Assembly (NCBI GenBank): GCA_040285745.1 | Contig: JAUFOR010000002.1 | Coordinates: 1,984,001 to 2,048,000 of the forward strand | Direction of reading: 5' to 3' | From: Barthelona sp. PCE | Lineage: Eukaryota | DNA length: 64,000 nt | In this document: positions 63,101-64,000 of the stretch, piece by piece | Position numbering within the stretch: the first letter of the stretch is position 1 | Layout: each line of letters starts with the position of its first letter | Notes under the pieces: generated by a model | Database searches by the model: none | Seen by the model: the letters and a program-made list of their open reading frames with translations, nothing else | What the model was told of the DNA's origin: nothing | Made by a program: the position numbers and the translations under genes

Positions 63101-63182
63101 TGGCTTCCATGTCTGCACCATTGATAAAGTTCTCAATAGCCTCTACGATGGTGTCTTGTGTGAAAGGGTTGTCCTCAGTCAT
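60150..63182 (-). CDS. IPO4: Importin-beta family karyopherin, importin-4/Kap123-like
   Basis: IBN_N-like KQLICVLLRQSIPKTW, WEELLPTL, ARQNAAFALG, VRENTLSAICR and FPLTDDPEE. Acidic HEAT repeats. Confidence 0.8.
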   Translation of the reverse strand: MTEDNPFTQDTIVEAIENFINGADMEATNEYLMEAVKTALCTEILLHVLLDAEDYATKQLICVLLRQSIPKTWAKLGEEFQLECKQELLNLLFSSLDSNPSKEADLYYKSLADVIAVIGAYEIGAGDWEELLPTLIDMISDDNAKDISVVVCLSILEALIKRNEHIFDSMLTDIIDMGMPLLEKGTDIQCGVLALFSVVVNQSGFDDELAELLFPIFTNLTTFVIDLVENNDYKNCQRVFLFIEELVRSQTFKTSDYTDVVDLMLSIVVSDDIQPKFRSRAMIVLSTMLMHRPTIVTRSFKEMITASFGAMLIEEPELKEMPIIASELLQGICFRITNANVFPEIVSCIDMCPETEVGVRTANLAIGYLSHVFPLEVSDHTEDFMNLIVRTFEFDSPGLLISALSAIKNLVEFLGDEMAEYAHVLFEITVAHISSSDLDICLLSWNILSKLFGVLSQDEMAGLVSENEDFFVSLDAIEHFELEESHLTRYILQVFCSIVDQLGEYFTNLFSNSLLAILELLSVTEDAHLDLRGRAVEFFGVLVVQTGYEKFSEVMEPFGIDFESLVQNIVEGFSYEHSELSEFSFGALAHICEAVETHESGAFLGLFEDVFPIYQEKWAGTKAGLVSNISTNEDFSDDLDDEGFFAINSDVINEQAALLASMGSFADQLELEEEQVRKIYNMALESMKHMNPLIKSNASSSAVSCALKLGVAETNDVAELILDEMDENWDCTAFEILQRLTDITIPNKCFNAVLAYIEDMEAQSMPPETFDQLCMFTLGLISSDYWDEEVNFNGYCKVLLDMIQPYLDHDIPEMMNAAAIAVFAQVFETVQADFFDEENTSLYIAVLEEHLNNSRYNARQNAAFALGWLFAKAEGADIERLSVMAQNLSDESKVVRENTLSAICRVYAVYPDVEGLAVLMNGGVQEVFPLTDDPEEFMTILTAFCLLITQDGLDAKNYTPIIESCVTYLQEYAQEDEKDEEFLNMFGSVVSECRDRIERHCSSEVMELLG

Positions 63183-63360
63183 GCCAAAAAAGTGTGAAAA
63201 AGTGTGAAATGGATTGGAATGAAGAAAACAAGCAAATTCTTTTCCTTCCCTTTTTCGTATATTTCTTACTTGTGGTGGGCGCTGTTTGTGATTTAAACGT
63301 AGGCTTCTTTGTTTTTTAGATCAAAATATCGAATTTTCTATTAAATGTTTTATTTGTTTC

Positions 63361-63999
63361 TCATTCCGTAAAAAACCAGTCACGTGAGATGAGATGGGCT
63401 GTCGGCCGCGTCGTATAGTTCGTGTCAAGCACCCTTTTAAGGAACTGAACGGTCTCAAACGTTATGTTTGGATTTCGTTTCTTCAATGCTTTATAGAAAG
63501 ATACCTTCGGCATAATGGCCTTCCCCTCTCCCGTCACATACCGGGCCACAGCGCCTGACATCCCCAACAGAGATGTGATCATTGTCAATTGACTGGGTGT
63601 GTCGTTTCCTGCAAAAATGTGGTAACCCACAATCAGCGTTCCCATAACGCATCCTGCGCTCCACACGTCGTTGCACTTGCCAGTTTCTATGCCTAGAATG
63701 AGCTCTGGGGCACGATAGAACCGAGCACATACGTATGATTGGTTGAAACTTTGACCAACGCGCTTCGCTTGACCGAAGTCGCAAATCTTCACTTGGTTGA
63801 TGTGTGGGTTGTATAGGATGTTGCTGGGCTTTATGTCACGATGCATAATGTTGTTTTCGTGAAGATAATCCAGTGTAGTGAATATTTGAAAGGTTATACT
63901 CTTGATTTTTTCCAGACTGAGTGGATGCATGCGAGAAACGTAGTCTAGAAGAGTCATTGGCATATACTCCATTATTAGGTTACTGAAAAAAACAGCTCC
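63361..63999 (-). CDS. Partial CMGC protein kinase, GSK3-like (runs off the right edge)
   Basis: FSNLIMEYMP, HRDIKPSNIL, KICDFGQAK, SYVCARFYRAPELILG and DVWSAGC. The frame stays open to the window end. Confidence 0.85.
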   Translation of the reverse strand, partial: GAVFFSNLIMEYMPMTLLDYVSRMHPLSLEKIKSITFQIFTTLDYLHENNIMHRDIKPSNILYNPHINQVKICDFGQAKRVGQSFNQSYVCARFYRAPELILGIETGKCNDVWSAGCVMGTLIVGYHIFAGNDTPSQLTMITSLLGMSGAVARYVTGEGKAIMPKVSFYKALKKRNPNITFETVQFLKRVLDTNYTTRPTAHLISRDWFFTE

Positions 64000-64000
64000 A

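Noticed and set aside
248-63784. The many 60-180 aa ORFs antisense to or nested in long genes (e.g. 248..598, 44468..45010, 56559..57035)
   Set aside because: Shadow ORFs from codon bias, with no recognisable motifs.
1-64000. Alternative genetic code (stop reassignment)
   Set aside because: Conserved proteins end at expected positions with TAA, TAG and TGA, and the transposase breaks are frame changes rather than in-frame stops.

Overview
Gene-dense, essentially intron-free eukaryotic DNA in the standard genetic code (TAA, TAG and TGA all end conserved genes). It resembles a compact anaerobic flagellate, metamonad-like genome; that assignment is inference only. About 30 housekeeping or orphan genes are tightly packed: SNF2/BRM ATPase, MAK11, UGGT, Rpb4/RPC9 family, NCL-type exchanger, TM2, RRP7, ESF2, centrin-like, IQCH, GCN1, VPS9, DCN1-like, SAC3, RRP5, M18 peptidase, importin-4-like and a GSK3-like kinase. 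Two genes look prokaryote-derived (radical SAM/SPASM, EEP hydrolase), and two dispersed ORFs belong to one orphan family of about 640 aa. The standout is an AT-richer, all-minus-strand block at about 46.0-54.8 kb. It holds a divergent hAT-superfamily DDE transposase-like gene split over four reading frames, immediately downstream of two tandem stand-alone ComEC-type metallo-beta-lactamase-fold genes. All assignments come from motif recognition by eye; no database searches were run. I recognised no tRNA, rRNA or CRISPR array.
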